From Rhodothermales bacterium (lineage in GTDB: Bacteria > Bacteroidota > Rhodothermia > Rhodothermales > Bin80): a stretch of 64,000 nucleotides of DNA. The position numbers and the translations under genes are program-made. How positions within the stretch are numbered: position 1 is the stretch's first letter; each line of letters starts with the position of its first letter. Of the stretch, positions 16,775-25,837 are shown one piece after another. The notes beneath the pieces were generated by a model that was not told where the DNA came from, made no database searches, and saw only the letters and a program-made list of their open reading frames with translations. The DNA lies in the NCBI GenBank assembly GCA_022821875.1, contig JAJECV010000006.1, positions 98,886 to 162,885 of the forward strand, written 5' to 3'.

Positions 16775-17677
16775 TCACAGTCTTTCGCTGCCAAATGCCC
16801 TTGTAGTATCATTATCCCCCCTTCTTTCGAACTGAACACTCCGCCAGCCCTCATGAATTCCCAGCAGGTCCCATGATGGCTTATCTTTGGGATCCCAGAT
16901 ATCCATGAGTGCGTCTATGGCGTTATAGTCAAGGGGCTGGCTCCATGCTGGCCAATAAAACTGAAGGTCTTTTTGGTTTGATGTATTTTTCCGCCATCCC
17001 CGCTGTCGTTTTCCAGTTTTTGTTTTTCGCCGATCTGATTGTTGGTCGACCCCGTTTCCGCGAACCGGGAACATGGAAAGACCAAAAAATACAAGTATTT
17101 CTAAAACGGGATCGGTCCAGATAGCAGCGGCATCCGACGATGACCCAAGTCGAGTTTGATCAAAGCCTAAGCCATTTTTCTTAACTCGAGTAGCATAGCC
17201 CATCAGTGACTCTTGTACTCTCGTTTCGGAGATGCACAAATCTTTCTGGAGAGAAATTAATCTGCCGTGCAAGGTTATTCCCCTTGGAACGGGTGGATCA
17301 AAGGGAGCATGTTCAATCTTGCCAGTCCTATCAATACATAAATCGGTCATTGTTGACGATAATGTCCACGAGTGAGGATGTGAGCGGGCCATTTGCGCCC
17401 TCTGCCTGAACACTTCTGCCGGAACATTTCGCTTCATCTGCTCAATATCCCTCCAGTGCTGAGCTATCGGCAGGTCATCCAGCACCGCTTTGTCTGGCCA
17501 TGACTCAACAAGGGCATCAACTGGATGGGTTATATCTGTCGTTAATACAGCTGTTGGTTCCGAATCTGCTGTCCAGTGCAGGCGAATTCTAGTATCCAGA
17601 AAGGTAGTTCCAACTGCTGCAAGCCAGGCATTAATCCATTTAGCAGGCAATCCTGGGCAGATAATTTCCTGAAGCAT
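16775..17677 (-). CDS. Short Cas8u-like large-subunit candidate (Csb3-like), last gene of the cas operon
   Basis: 300-aa ORF starting 6 nt after the cas3 stop. In the csb1-csb2-cas3-csb3 variant of type I-U this position holds Csb3. There is a basic patch (RRKTKTGKRQRGWRK) and a C-terminal FYWPAWSQPL. The call rests mainly on synteny. Confidence 0.45.
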   Translation of the reverse strand: MLQEIICPGLPAKWINAWLAAVGTTFLDTRIRLHWTADSEPTAVLTTDITHPVDALVESWPDKAVLDDLPIAQHWRDIEQMKRNVPAEVFRQRAQMARSHPHSWTLSSTMTDLCIDRTGKIEHAPFDPPVPRGITLHGRLISLQKDLCISETRVQESLMGYATRVKKNGLGFDQTRLGSSSDAAAIWTDPVLEILVFFGLSMFPVRGNGVDQQSDRRKTKTGKRQRGWRKNTSNQKDLQFYWPAWSQPLDYNAIDALMDIWDPKDKPSWDLLGIHEGWRSVQFERRGDNDTTRAFGSERL

Positions 17678-17683
17678 TATTAA

Positions 17684-20503
17684 TTAATCTGTGTTTGAAG
17701 GTATATTTATTCCAGCAGAGACTGTATGGTCTGAAAGTCTCAATATGGCTTCAAGTAAAGCCAATCCCCACGGCCCGAAATGTTCATTGAGTTTCTGGAA
17801 GCGGGAAGGCTGTTCCCAGTCCACGATTCTGAGGTCAGCCGGAGTAATCACAATCTCACCTGTAATGGATCGACCAATCGTGAGTGATGTGTTATCTGCA
17901 ACCGGTTTGATAATCGGCCGACCTTTTCCATGGTGGCTAATTATCAGATGCATTAGAAGTTTTCTTTTGATTGGATCCCCCCACTGTGGGTTCTTGTCGA
18001 GCCAGACACGGACCAAGTGCGCCGATAAGGCTTCGTGGCGGCCGTGTCTTGGCCATCCAGAAGCAATGCGCCTTGATTCGCGCTTATGGTAGGGGGTATC
18101 CGACTTGGCCAAGCAAGTATTTTGATTATTCCAGTCAGGGTCAAGCCAACGCTGAAACCGCGCATCGGCTTTACCAATATCGTGCAGTTTACCGGCAAAT
18201 CTCACAACCTCGGTCAATTCCCCTGATATTCCAATACGATCACAGATTGATTGAGTCAAACGAGACACGGCTTCACCATGCGGCTCCAGTTTAACTGCAG
18301 AGTATGCAAGAGACCGCTCATCGTAATCATCATTTGGCTTTTCAGGCGGTGACTTCATCACTTTTAGACGAGACACCTCTTTGTAGGGAGTTAGAACTCC
18401 CGTTTTTACATCCAATGAATTGACAAATTCACCCCATTCTTCAGGGGCCCAGCCATGCGGGACTGACTCGGTGATCTTACGTAAAATTTTGGTCATTGCA
18501 TCGATCTGTTCCTGGGGGGCAATCTCAATGGCATCATGAGGGGATTTTCCCAGCACAGTATCCAGTAGATCCTGTAGTAACGTACCCACTGTAATCCCTA
18601 TACGCCCAAATGCTTCCGCATTAAGGGGCAGTCCGTGGCCATTTAGAGATACATCCAGAACCGGATCGGTTGCTGCGTGATTCCAACCGAATTCATCCAT
18701 GAGCCCACAATCTGAACGCAACACTATTTGATCTCTTGGCCGGAGCAATCCTAGCTCAATCTCTTCGACGGTTATCCCGTCAAAGCTTAAACGAGATACC
18801 TTTTCGCTGCCCCAACTCTTTTTCCAGGCATTGCGAAACTCGCCAATGGGGACATCAATTGATTCACGGTCACTAGCGCGGGGCCATAACCGGTTCCTGT
18901 CTTTTGGTACATGGGCTCGCCAAATTACAGATACGAATTTTTGTGTACCGCTGATACCGCTAAAATATGGTTCAACAGGGGCTTCTCCTTCTACCGGATA
19001 AGAAGTCTTTATCCATTCCCACAGAATCCCAGGCAAGAGTTCAGGTGCGCTGCTGTTAAGACCATCACAAGGTGAACCCAAGATAGTATGCACATGCGCA
19101 GGGGATAAATTAATCGATTTTGAAGCATTATTTTTACGGTGGAGATCCAGTCTGCCAAGCAGGATCTGAGGTTCCTTCCCATAGACCGGCCAGACATCAT
19201 TTTTGCGGCTATCTGTCGGTGTATGTACATATACGGCGTGAGCCTCTTCAAATCTTCCAAAGCGATTTAGCCGGCCGAGCCGTTGTGTAAGTGCGCGAAC
19301 TCCGCATTGTTCTGTAACCAGATATTCCGCATCAATATCTGCCCCAACCTCCAGTGTCTGCGTAGCGACGACAATAAGGTGCTGAGTACGCTTAAAGTTT
19401 TTATCATCTGATGAATGCATTCCCTCAAGAATGCGTTGTCGCATTTGCTCTGCTTCCCGTTCTCGGATTCGCCCTGTTAGGAGTAACACCTCGGCATCTT
19501 TCATCAACTTCGTAACATGCCCATACGTCATCCTCGCAATTCTGGGAGTGTTACAAAAAACGATGCAGGTTGCCGGGGGAGCATGTCGCAGTAGTTTAAA
19601 TGTAGCTTCCGCTATGAAATTTTTACTTTTCTGTGCTTTCTGGACAACTCTTATTTCAAGCAGCTTTGTAGCATTCAAGCGTTTTTTTATCTCTGGATGT
19701 TTCGCGTCTTCCTCATTGAGCAGGAATCTATCCTTTCTGGCTGGATCACAGGTAGCAGTCAATTGAACCAGTGTAGCCCGTAGACGAGCTTCATTCAGAA
19801 TAGGATGTATGTCTGGTGTGCAGGCAGCAATTGCTGAGTGTAACGTCCTTAAATGCGGGGTTAAGTGAGCCTCGTCCAGCAAGATTAGACTATCGGTTCC
19901 TGCCATTGCGGCATCAATTGATCGCATTCCTGAACTGGATCCATAGCCCCGGAATAATAACCGGGAACCATACATAGGAAGCGTTGTCAGAAGAATAGCC
20001 GGCTGAGCAGGACTGCTAGGCCGGTGAGACGCAATGCCTCCTCGAAGTCGGATCACCTCAAGCGGATCGGCACTGCCATACCCGGCGATATGTCGTAACC
20101 GATCTGCTACGATCTTGACAATTTGCTTCTCCTGTGGTTTAAGTTCAAATTTCTTGTGATCAGGATTACGAAGCATATGCCCTATTTTACAGGCGTGGGC
20201 AAACGTTGAATCTACAAGCAATCTCCGGTTGACCACCCACCAGATGCGTGTTGGTGCAATTCGTTGGGCTGGTTCACATTCAGCTTGTGATGCCAACCAC
20301 CACACTGCGATATCTAAACAGGTCGTTTTGCCGAGACCGGTAGGTATACCAACTTCAGAGTACCACCTACCCGTGGACGCAATCTGGTTGGCTAAGCGGG
20401 ATTGCCATGGGAAGGGGGTTCGCCCGTTAATCGCTTTATAGAATTCGTCGAAAGTTGGCATCGCCATGTACATATCTCTCAATTTTAGAGATTTATGTAA
20501 CAA
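17684..20503 (-). CDS. cas3: Type I-U/I-G style Cas3 helicase with a C-terminal HD nuclease
   Basis: N-terminal PFPWQSRL...PTGLGKTT (motif I) and LILLDEAHL (DEAH). C-terminal HD motifs KLHDIGKAD, HEALSAHLV and ISHHGKGRP. An HD domain at the C-terminus is the I-U/I-G arrangement. Confidence 0.85.
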   Translation of the reverse strand: MLHKSLKLRDMYMAMPTFDEFYKAINGRTPFPWQSRLANQIASTGRWYSEVGIPTGLGKTTCLDIAVWWLASQAECEPAQRIAPTRIWWVVNRRLLVDSTFAHACKIGHMLRNPDHKKFELKPQEKQIVKIVADRLRHIAGYGSADPLEVIRLRGGIASHRPSSPAQPAILLTTLPMYGSRLLFRGYGSSSGMRSIDAAMAGTDSLILLDEAHLTPHLRTLHSAIAACTPDIHPILNEARLRATLVQLTATCDPARKDRFLLNEEDAKHPEIKKRLNATKLLEIRVVQKAQKSKNFIAEATFKLLRHAPPATCIVFCNTPRIARMTYGHVTKLMKDAEVLLLTGRIREREAEQMRQRILEGMHSSDDKNFKRTQHLIVVATQTLEVGADIDAEYLVTEQCGVRALTQRLGRLNRFGRFEEAHAVYVHTPTDSRKNDVWPVYGKEPQILLGRLDLHRKNNASKSINLSPAHVHTILGSPCDGLNSSAPELLPGILWEWIKTSYPVEGEAPVEPYFSGISGTQKFVSVIWRAHVPKDRNRLWPRASDRESIDVPIGEFRNAWKKSWGSEKVSRLSFDGITVEEIELGLLRPRDQIVLRSDCGLMDEFGWNHAATDPVLDVSLNGHGLPLNAEAFGRIGITVGTLLQDLLDTVLGKSPHDAIEIAPQEQIDAMTKILRKITESVPHGWAPEEWGEFVNSLDVKTGVLTPYKEVSRLKVMKSPPEKPNDDYDERSLAYSAVKLEPHGEAVSRLTQSICDRIGISGELTEVVRFAGKLHDIGKADARFQRWLDPDWNNQNTCLAKSDTPYHKRESRRIASGWPRHGRHEALSAHLVRVWLDKNPQWGDPIKRKLLMHLIISHHGKGRPIIKPVADNTSLTIGRSITGEIVITPADLRIVDWEQPSRFQKLNEHFGPWGLALLEAILRLSDHTVSAGINIPSNTD

Positions 20504-20512
20504 CCTCAGTCC

Positions 20513-21955
20513 TTATTTTGACGGGATGCAAAGCCCGAATCCACGTTGCCGACCGGATCCGATTAGAACCGGGCCATGAACTGGCTGGGCGAACCGTATC
20601 CAGATATGAGAATAGGGCAAGGCAGGTTTGTTAGGTCGGTTTATTTCAACGGGGGCTAAGTCAACTGCACCTGAAATCAATGGCGTGCGAGAGGATCGGA
20701 AGTCAATCGGTTCGGGCAGTCCTGCATGACGGCACCATCTGGCTATTTCACCTAAGTCGATAGTTCTGCGGCGCTCGTGGATGGCAGGGAATGCGGTTAC
20801 CCATTCCTTGGATAATTTGAGCCATCTCCATGAATTTGCAGCAATTGGACGGTCATCACGGGTGTGAGGCTCAGGATGAGGCACAACGGATACATTGAGC
20901 ATTGTTCCAGTAATTCGCCTTACAGCAAGTGCTGCGTTACGAGATCGTTCACATTCTATTGGGCAGCTTTTGGGAGGCATCCATAATGCTATGCCATGAA
21001 TTCGTCCTTTTGATGTTGGATAACCCACATCTGGAAGAGCCAGATATCGTGCAATCTCATAACCTTTGTCAAGAAATCCATGGCCATGCAGAACCTGGGG
21101 TGGTTCATCATAGAGCCTCTGGTACTGGCTAAGAACAGACTGTTTGAAAAGATGCGTAACCGCGGAAATTCTACGACCAGAAATAGCCGCGCCAAGGCGC
21201 ATCCAGGCGACTACCTTCCCTTGGTCAGGAGTTTTGGACGATATCGGTGAACGATACCGGAATCCATCCCCAAGTGCAGGAAATTGGGATCGGCTCACTG
21301 AAGCACCTTCCTTGCACCAGATATCGTACATCCGGTCCAGAATTTTCAAATCACCAGGTTTTGTAATATTGATTACGGTATCTCCCGCTCTGTCGGGAAC
21401 AAAAACATTGGTTTTATCATCAATCGCCGGTTCTTCGAGTGAGAGTCGTAGTCTGACCGGTGAATCAGAGGCACCAAGATACCCTACTCTTGAGGCGCGC
21501 CGTCGCAGTGCGTTGAGGATTGATGTATCCGGCTGCTTAACATCCCATAGGTAAATAATACAGGGATTGCGCGGAGAAACCCGTACACCTGGACGAACAA
21601 GTGCACTGCCACGATTAATGTATTCCTGTTGGTGCTTCATTTCTTTCGACACTCCAGTGTGGCGGTAGCGCACGACATACCTTGGCGCTATAATCTGGTG
21701 AGACGGTCTTGAGTCTGCATAGATAACCGGTGGTGGTAACTGTTCAAGCCAATGTAACTCTGAACCATCCGTTGCCCAGCAGTTTTTTCGTGATCCGTCT
21801 GCAGCAACCAGAGCAGAGAAGAGACGCAGCGGAGATGGAGGCCACTCGCCCTGTGATAGCCTGCCTGTATTCGCCGTGCCGTTCGGATCACCGCGAAAGG
21901 TTGAGTGCAACAACTCCACGGATATTGCCAGCATTAGTCGGTGACCTGCGGCCAA
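20513..21955 (-). CDS. csb2: Csb2 (Cas5u-Cas6u fusion, GSU0054 family)
   Basis: The N-terminus (LLHSTFRGDP...GEWPPSPLRLFSALVAA) is the Csb2 hallmark. 480 aa. Overlaps csb1 by 22 nt. Confidence 0.75.
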   Translation of the reverse strand: MAAGHRLMLAISVELLHSTFRGDPNGTANTGRLSQGEWPPSPLRLFSALVAADGSRKNCWATDGSELHWLEQLPPPVIYADSRPSHQIIAPRYVVRYRHTGVSKEMKHQQEYINRGSALVRPGVRVSPRNPCIIYLWDVKQPDTSILNALRRRASRVGYLGASDSPVRLRLSLEEPAIDDKTNVFVPDRAGDTVINITKPGDLKILDRMYDIWCKEGASVSRSQFPALGDGFRYRSPISSKTPDQGKVVAWMRLGAAISGRRISAVTHLFKQSVLSQYQRLYDEPPQVLHGHGFLDKGYEIARYLALPDVGYPTSKGRIHGIALWMPPKSCPIECERSRNAALAVRRITGTMLNVSVVPHPEPHTRDDRPIAANSWRWLKLSKEWVTAFPAIHERRRTIDLGEIARWCRHAGLPEPIDFRSSRTPLISGAVDLAPVEINRPNKPALPYSHIWIRFAQPVHGPVLIGSGRQRGFGLCIPSK

Positions 21956-23133
21956 GTTGCGAGAATTGCACTTTCGAGATTTTTTTTCGGCTTAAGTATC
22001 TTCGGTTTCTGATCCCAGCCGTCAAGGGTCACATCAACTGATTTAGCGTAATCTTTCGCAGACTCAAGTAAATCAAGCGTGTATTCAATACTTCCCAAGC
22101 TAATTTCAGAATCAATATCGCTTCCTAACCAAGTTGTTCTCGTACTCCGGGGGCGTAGATCCGCTCCCGAGCGCAACGAGAATCCATGACCAAAGGCAAG
22201 TTGGTGTGCATGCAGGCCGAGCGCAACCAGCAGGGCGCGACAGGCAGCATTCCTATCAGATGAAAACTGATCATCAATACGAATTCTGCGCAACTGTGCG
22301 AATGATATGGTGGCCCGCTGAGAAATTCGTGTGAACGAAATAGCGGCCAAACTTGCATCATCACCCGTGAATGGTACCTGACCATGTCCCATTTCAGACA
22401 ATTTATCCGGCTTTCCTCCCTCAATTTCTCTGGTCTTTCCAATTTCCCACCGTGTTCGGTCATTGGGATTGGAGGTGATAACATCATCAGTATTCAAGTT
22501 TAAGGGATCACCTTTGAGACCGGACATTCGCGTTTCGGTCGTAGCCGGTTGCCAGCCGATGATCTCCGAAACCCAGGCACGTGCATGTTTGCTGTTGGAT
22601 TTTTTCTTCCCCAGGTGTGACTGCCAAAATCCGTATAAGAGTGACTGTGGAAACCATGCGATCAGAGGTGCACAATTCTGAGCCGTAGCTTCAAAGATGG
22701 ATATGCCAAGATCTGTTTTGATGAAATCTGTTCCGTTCAGCACAGAATCTCTGAGATAGGCATCCGCATTACGGTGTGGGAACTGGAAGCTTGAGAGGCT
22801 TCTTGGTAAGTGGGATGGCAGGTGTGTAATATCAGAGAAGTCAAGAACAAATTCCGGCAAACCTGTTGATTCTCGGTGAAGACGAAGTGCTTCTTCTAAA
22901 CGGTTCGCCTGAGATGGGACGTTATCAATAACAATAACCTCTGTCGCTTCTTTATCCTCGGAAGATGCCCACCGACGATCATGCTGGTATTCCTCGCCTT
23001 CGTAAATTGCTGGCTTGACAAGTGCCCCCTGCCCCCCTAGAGGCATCAGCTCAGAGTCAATCTGGATACCGCTATCAAATGCATCGTCTCTGCAGCCCTG
23101 AAGTACTTTTTCAAATCTGATAGGATCGGCCAT
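21934..23133 (-). CDS. csb1: Csb1 (Cas7u, GSU0053 family)
   Basis: VIDNVPSQANRLEEAL and FPHRNADAYLRDS blocks typical of Cas7u. 399 aa. First gene of a four-gene operon. Confidence 0.75.
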   Translation of the reverse strand: MADPIRFEKVLQGCRDDAFDSGIQIDSELMPLGGQGALVKPAIYEGEEYQHDRRWASSEDKEATEVIVIDNVPSQANRLEEALRLHRESTGLPEFVLDFSDITHLPSHLPRSLSSFQFPHRNADAYLRDSVLNGTDFIKTDLGISIFEATAQNCAPLIAWFPQSLLYGFWQSHLGKKKSNSKHARAWVSEIIGWQPATTETRMSGLKGDPLNLNTDDVITSNPNDRTRWEIGKTREIEGGKPDKLSEMGHGQVPFTGDDASLAAISFTRISQRATISFAQLRRIRIDDQFSSDRNAACRALLVALGLHAHQLAFGHGFSLRSGADLRPRSTRTTWLGSDIDSEISLGSIEYTLDLLESAKDYAKSVDVTLDGWDQKPKILKPKKNLESAILATWPQVTD

Positions 23134-23309
23134 GTTCTTGATTATGTTTAGTTTTGAAGCCGGACACTTTTGCGTTTTTACCAGTTAATTGTTCCCGAAG
23201 AGCATCTTGCAAAACTCCCAATCTTGAAGGTTTTTATCCACCTGAGTGTATCCAGGAGCACTTTTTAGCCTGGATTATTAGTTTTGCAAAAGCCTCCGAA
23301 TACACACAA

Positions 23310-24443
23310 TTATGATTTGTTTTGAATATGTTTATCCAAGTCAGTTTCCCTCAAATTGGCAAGCTGCCCGCAGGCGGCAGCAATGTCGGCTCCCCGGCTT
23401 CGCCGGACAGTCACCGTGACCCCGCGTGCGGATAAGTGCGCCATAAACGCATTCAGTCGCACCTCGCTCGTGCGCTCAAAACTGATTCCAGGCACACGGT
23501 TGTACATGATCAGGTTTACCTTTGCCCGGACCCGGTGACAGAGCCGGGCCAAAGCATGCGCATCTTTGTCCGAATCATTGAATCCCCGAAATAGACAGTA
23601 TTCAAAGGTGAGCCGCCGCCCGGTGGCCGTGGTATGGTGCTTCATGGCAGATTCCAGCGCAGCAAGGTCAGTGGCTTCGCTGCGGTTGACCGGCATGATG
23701 CCGGATCGCTTGGACTCAAAGGGGGCATGCAGCGAAACCGCCAGCCCGATTTTGGGCGCATCCCTGGCCAGATCACGAATCCGGCGTGCAAGTCCAACCG
23801 TAGAAACCGTAATTCGCCGGGGAGAAAGCCCAATTGTGTCCGGGTGCGTAAGAATCTCCAGACTGGAAAGAACCGCCTGATAATTCAACAGCGGCTCCCC
23901 CATGCCCATGAACACCACATTTGAGATGTCCCGCCCAAAACGCTCACGGGCGACCTCACGCATGCAACTCACCTGATCCACGATCTGACCGCAGGTCAGG
24001 TTTTCCTGAAATCCCATCTTGCCCGTGGCACAAAAGGTGCAGCCCATTGCGCAACCCACCTGACTCGATACGCATACAGTGAGCCGCTGCGCTTTCCCCT
24101 GAGAATCCAATTTTGGGATTAAGACCGTTTCAATGCTCCGCCCGGAAGGTAACTGCATTAGGGTTTTGACGGTCTGATCCTTTGCCGTGAGGAGTGTCTG
24201 GACCTGTAATCGCCCCATACATGCCCTTTCTGTGAGGATCTCCCGCAGTGATGCCGGGAGATTGGTCATGGATGCAAATGAATACACCGGTGTTTCAGCA
24301 TACATCCAGCGCAGGATCTGATGCGCACGCCATTTCGGCTCTCCGAGTTCAGCGATCCACGCTTCAAGTTCGGAACGGGAGAGGGCCCGCAGGTCCACAG
24401 AAGATCGCATATTAGTCTCTTTTAAATCCAAAATGTTTGACAA
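23310..24443 (-). CDS. rlmN: 23S rRNA/tRNA (adenine-C2)-methyltransferase, radical SAM
   Basis: CAMGCTFCATG (CxxxCxxC), GMGEPLLNY, and C-terminal AAACGQL. Confidence 0.88.
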   Translation of the reverse strand: MSNILDLKETNMRSSVDLRALSRSELEAWIAELGEPKWRAHQILRWMYAETPVYSFASMTNLPASLREILTERACMGRLQVQTLLTAKDQTVKTLMQLPSGRSIETVLIPKLDSQGKAQRLTVCVSSQVGCAMGCTFCATGKMGFQENLTCGQIVDQVSCMREVARERFGRDISNVVFMGMGEPLLNYQAVLSSLEILTHPDTIGLSPRRITVSTVGLARRIRDLARDAPKIGLAVSLHAPFESKRSGIMPVNRSEATDLAALESAMKHHTTATGRRLTFEYCLFRGFNDSDKDAHALARLCHRVRAKVNLIMYNRVPGISFERTSEVRLNAFMAHLSARGVTVTVRRSRGADIAAACGQLANLRETDLDKHIQNKS

Positions 24444-24492
24444 TCACAGGATTGAACGTTACCTTAATTATGAACCTTAAATCTCTGCGATC

Positions 24493-24909
24493 ATGAAACG
24501 AACATCAATTCTACTGCTTTTCAGCACCTTGCTGGCCATGCCGGCGGTTTTTGCACAGGCTCCTGCCAACCATTTAGAAGGTAGTTGGCGGCTTGTATCC
24601 CAGCGTTCCGTGTACCCGGATACGGTCATCATTACGGTCAATATTCCGCCGTCCATGAAAATTCTGAATTCCACGCATTTTTCCTGGGGGTATCAGTCAG
24701 ACAACGGCATAGATGTTCTGGCCGGAGGCGGCAGGTATACGTTGGAAGATGACACGCTGTATACGGAGTATCTGGAGTACCATACCAGTGAAGCACTGGT
24801 GGGAGTTGCCCTGCGTTTTTCGGCCCGTATTGTTGGTGATCTGTGGTACCATGTCGGCGAATTTCCAAGCGGGTTCCGCCTAGAGGAAGTTTGGCGTCGG
24901 ATAGAGTAA
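24493..24909 (+). CDS. Small secreted lipocalin-like protein (hypothetical)
   Basis: Signal peptide MKRTSILLLFSTLLAMPAVFAQA followed by LEGSWRLVSQ. 138 aa. Confidence 0.5.
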   Translation: MKRTSILLLFSTLLAMPAVFAQAPANHLEGSWRLVSQRSVYPDTVIITVNIPPSMKILNSTHFSWGYQSDNGIDVLAGGGRYTLEDDTLYTEYLEYHTSEALVGVALRFSARIVGDLWYHVGEFPSGFRLEEVWRRIE

Positions 24910-24910
24910 T

Positions 24911-25837
24911 TTACAGCAGCCAGTGGTCGGCGGTAACCGCGGCGACCAAAAGTGGGACATAAATAATACTGGCCAGGAGTACCCGGCGGGCCTGTACTGC
25001 GGTCTGCTTTTGGCAAAAACCAATGGATGGCCAGATAAAGGCAATTCCCGCCGGGATGATAATGGTCAGGTAGATCCATCCGGTATAGTTCAGGAGGGTT
25101 AACAGGAGACTGGCCCCCAGTAACAGGATACTGTAGGCTAGAATCCGATGTGCGGTCGCTTTTGCCTCTGGATTTTTGGCGGGAAGCATTGCGTGACCTC
25201 CGCGTGCATAATCCTTCCTATACATCCAGGCAAGAGCAAAAAAATGGGGGATCTGCCAGATCGCAAACATTGCAAACAGTATCCAGCCGGCGGTGCCGAC
25301 CGTTCCCGTGGCGGCAGTATAGCCTCCCAAAGCAGGCAGTGCCCCCGGAATCGTTCCAATCAGGGTGTTGTAGGTGGTACGACGTTTCAGTGGCGTATAG
25401 GCAAACAGATACAGCACAATGGTCAATGCTGCCAGAAACAGGGTCATCAAATTTACCCACCAAAGCAAAGCAAGTCCGGTCATCACCAGTATAATTCCAA
25501 AAACGAGTGCAATTCCCGGATTGATTCGGCCAGAGGGCAGGGGCCGCTGCGCCGTGCGGCGCATCAGGGAATCGTTATGGCGCTCAACATAATGATTCAG
25601 TACGCCGCCGCCAGCACTTGCAAACGCGGTTCCAACCAGAGTCAACATCAGTGAGGATGAATTCAGGCCTCCTGATGTCCCCAAAATAAATCCAGCCAGA
25701 GAAGCAAGCACGACCTGGAAGGTGATTTCCGGCTTGACCAACTCCCAGTAGTCCTGGAATGCCGTAATCGGGCCGGTCCCTGGTCGAAGGAGACGGAGTT
25801 CTGCGGTTTCGTCAGAAAGAAAAGAATTATTGTTCAC
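24911..25837 (-). CDS. ctaB: Protoheme IX farnesyltransferase (heme O synthase, UbiA family)
   Basis: Polytopic membrane protein with GGVLNHYVERHNDSLMRRT (UbiA Asp-rich motif region). Overlaps the ctaA stop by 11 nt. Confidence 0.82.
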   Translation of the reverse strand: MNNNSFLSDETAELRLLRPGTGPITAFQDYWELVKPEITFQVVLASLAGFILGTSGGLNSSSLMLTLVGTAFASAGGGVLNHYVERHNDSLMRRTAQRPLPSGRINPGIALVFGIILVMTGLALLWWVNLMTLFLAALTIVLYLFAYTPLKRRTTYNTLIGTIPGALPALGGYTAATGTVGTAGWILFAMFAIWQIPHFFALAWMYRKDYARGGHAMLPAKNPEAKATAHRILAYSILLLGASLLLTLLNYTGWIYLTIIIPAGIAFIWPSIGFCQKQTAVQARRVLLASIIYVPLLVAAVTADHWLL

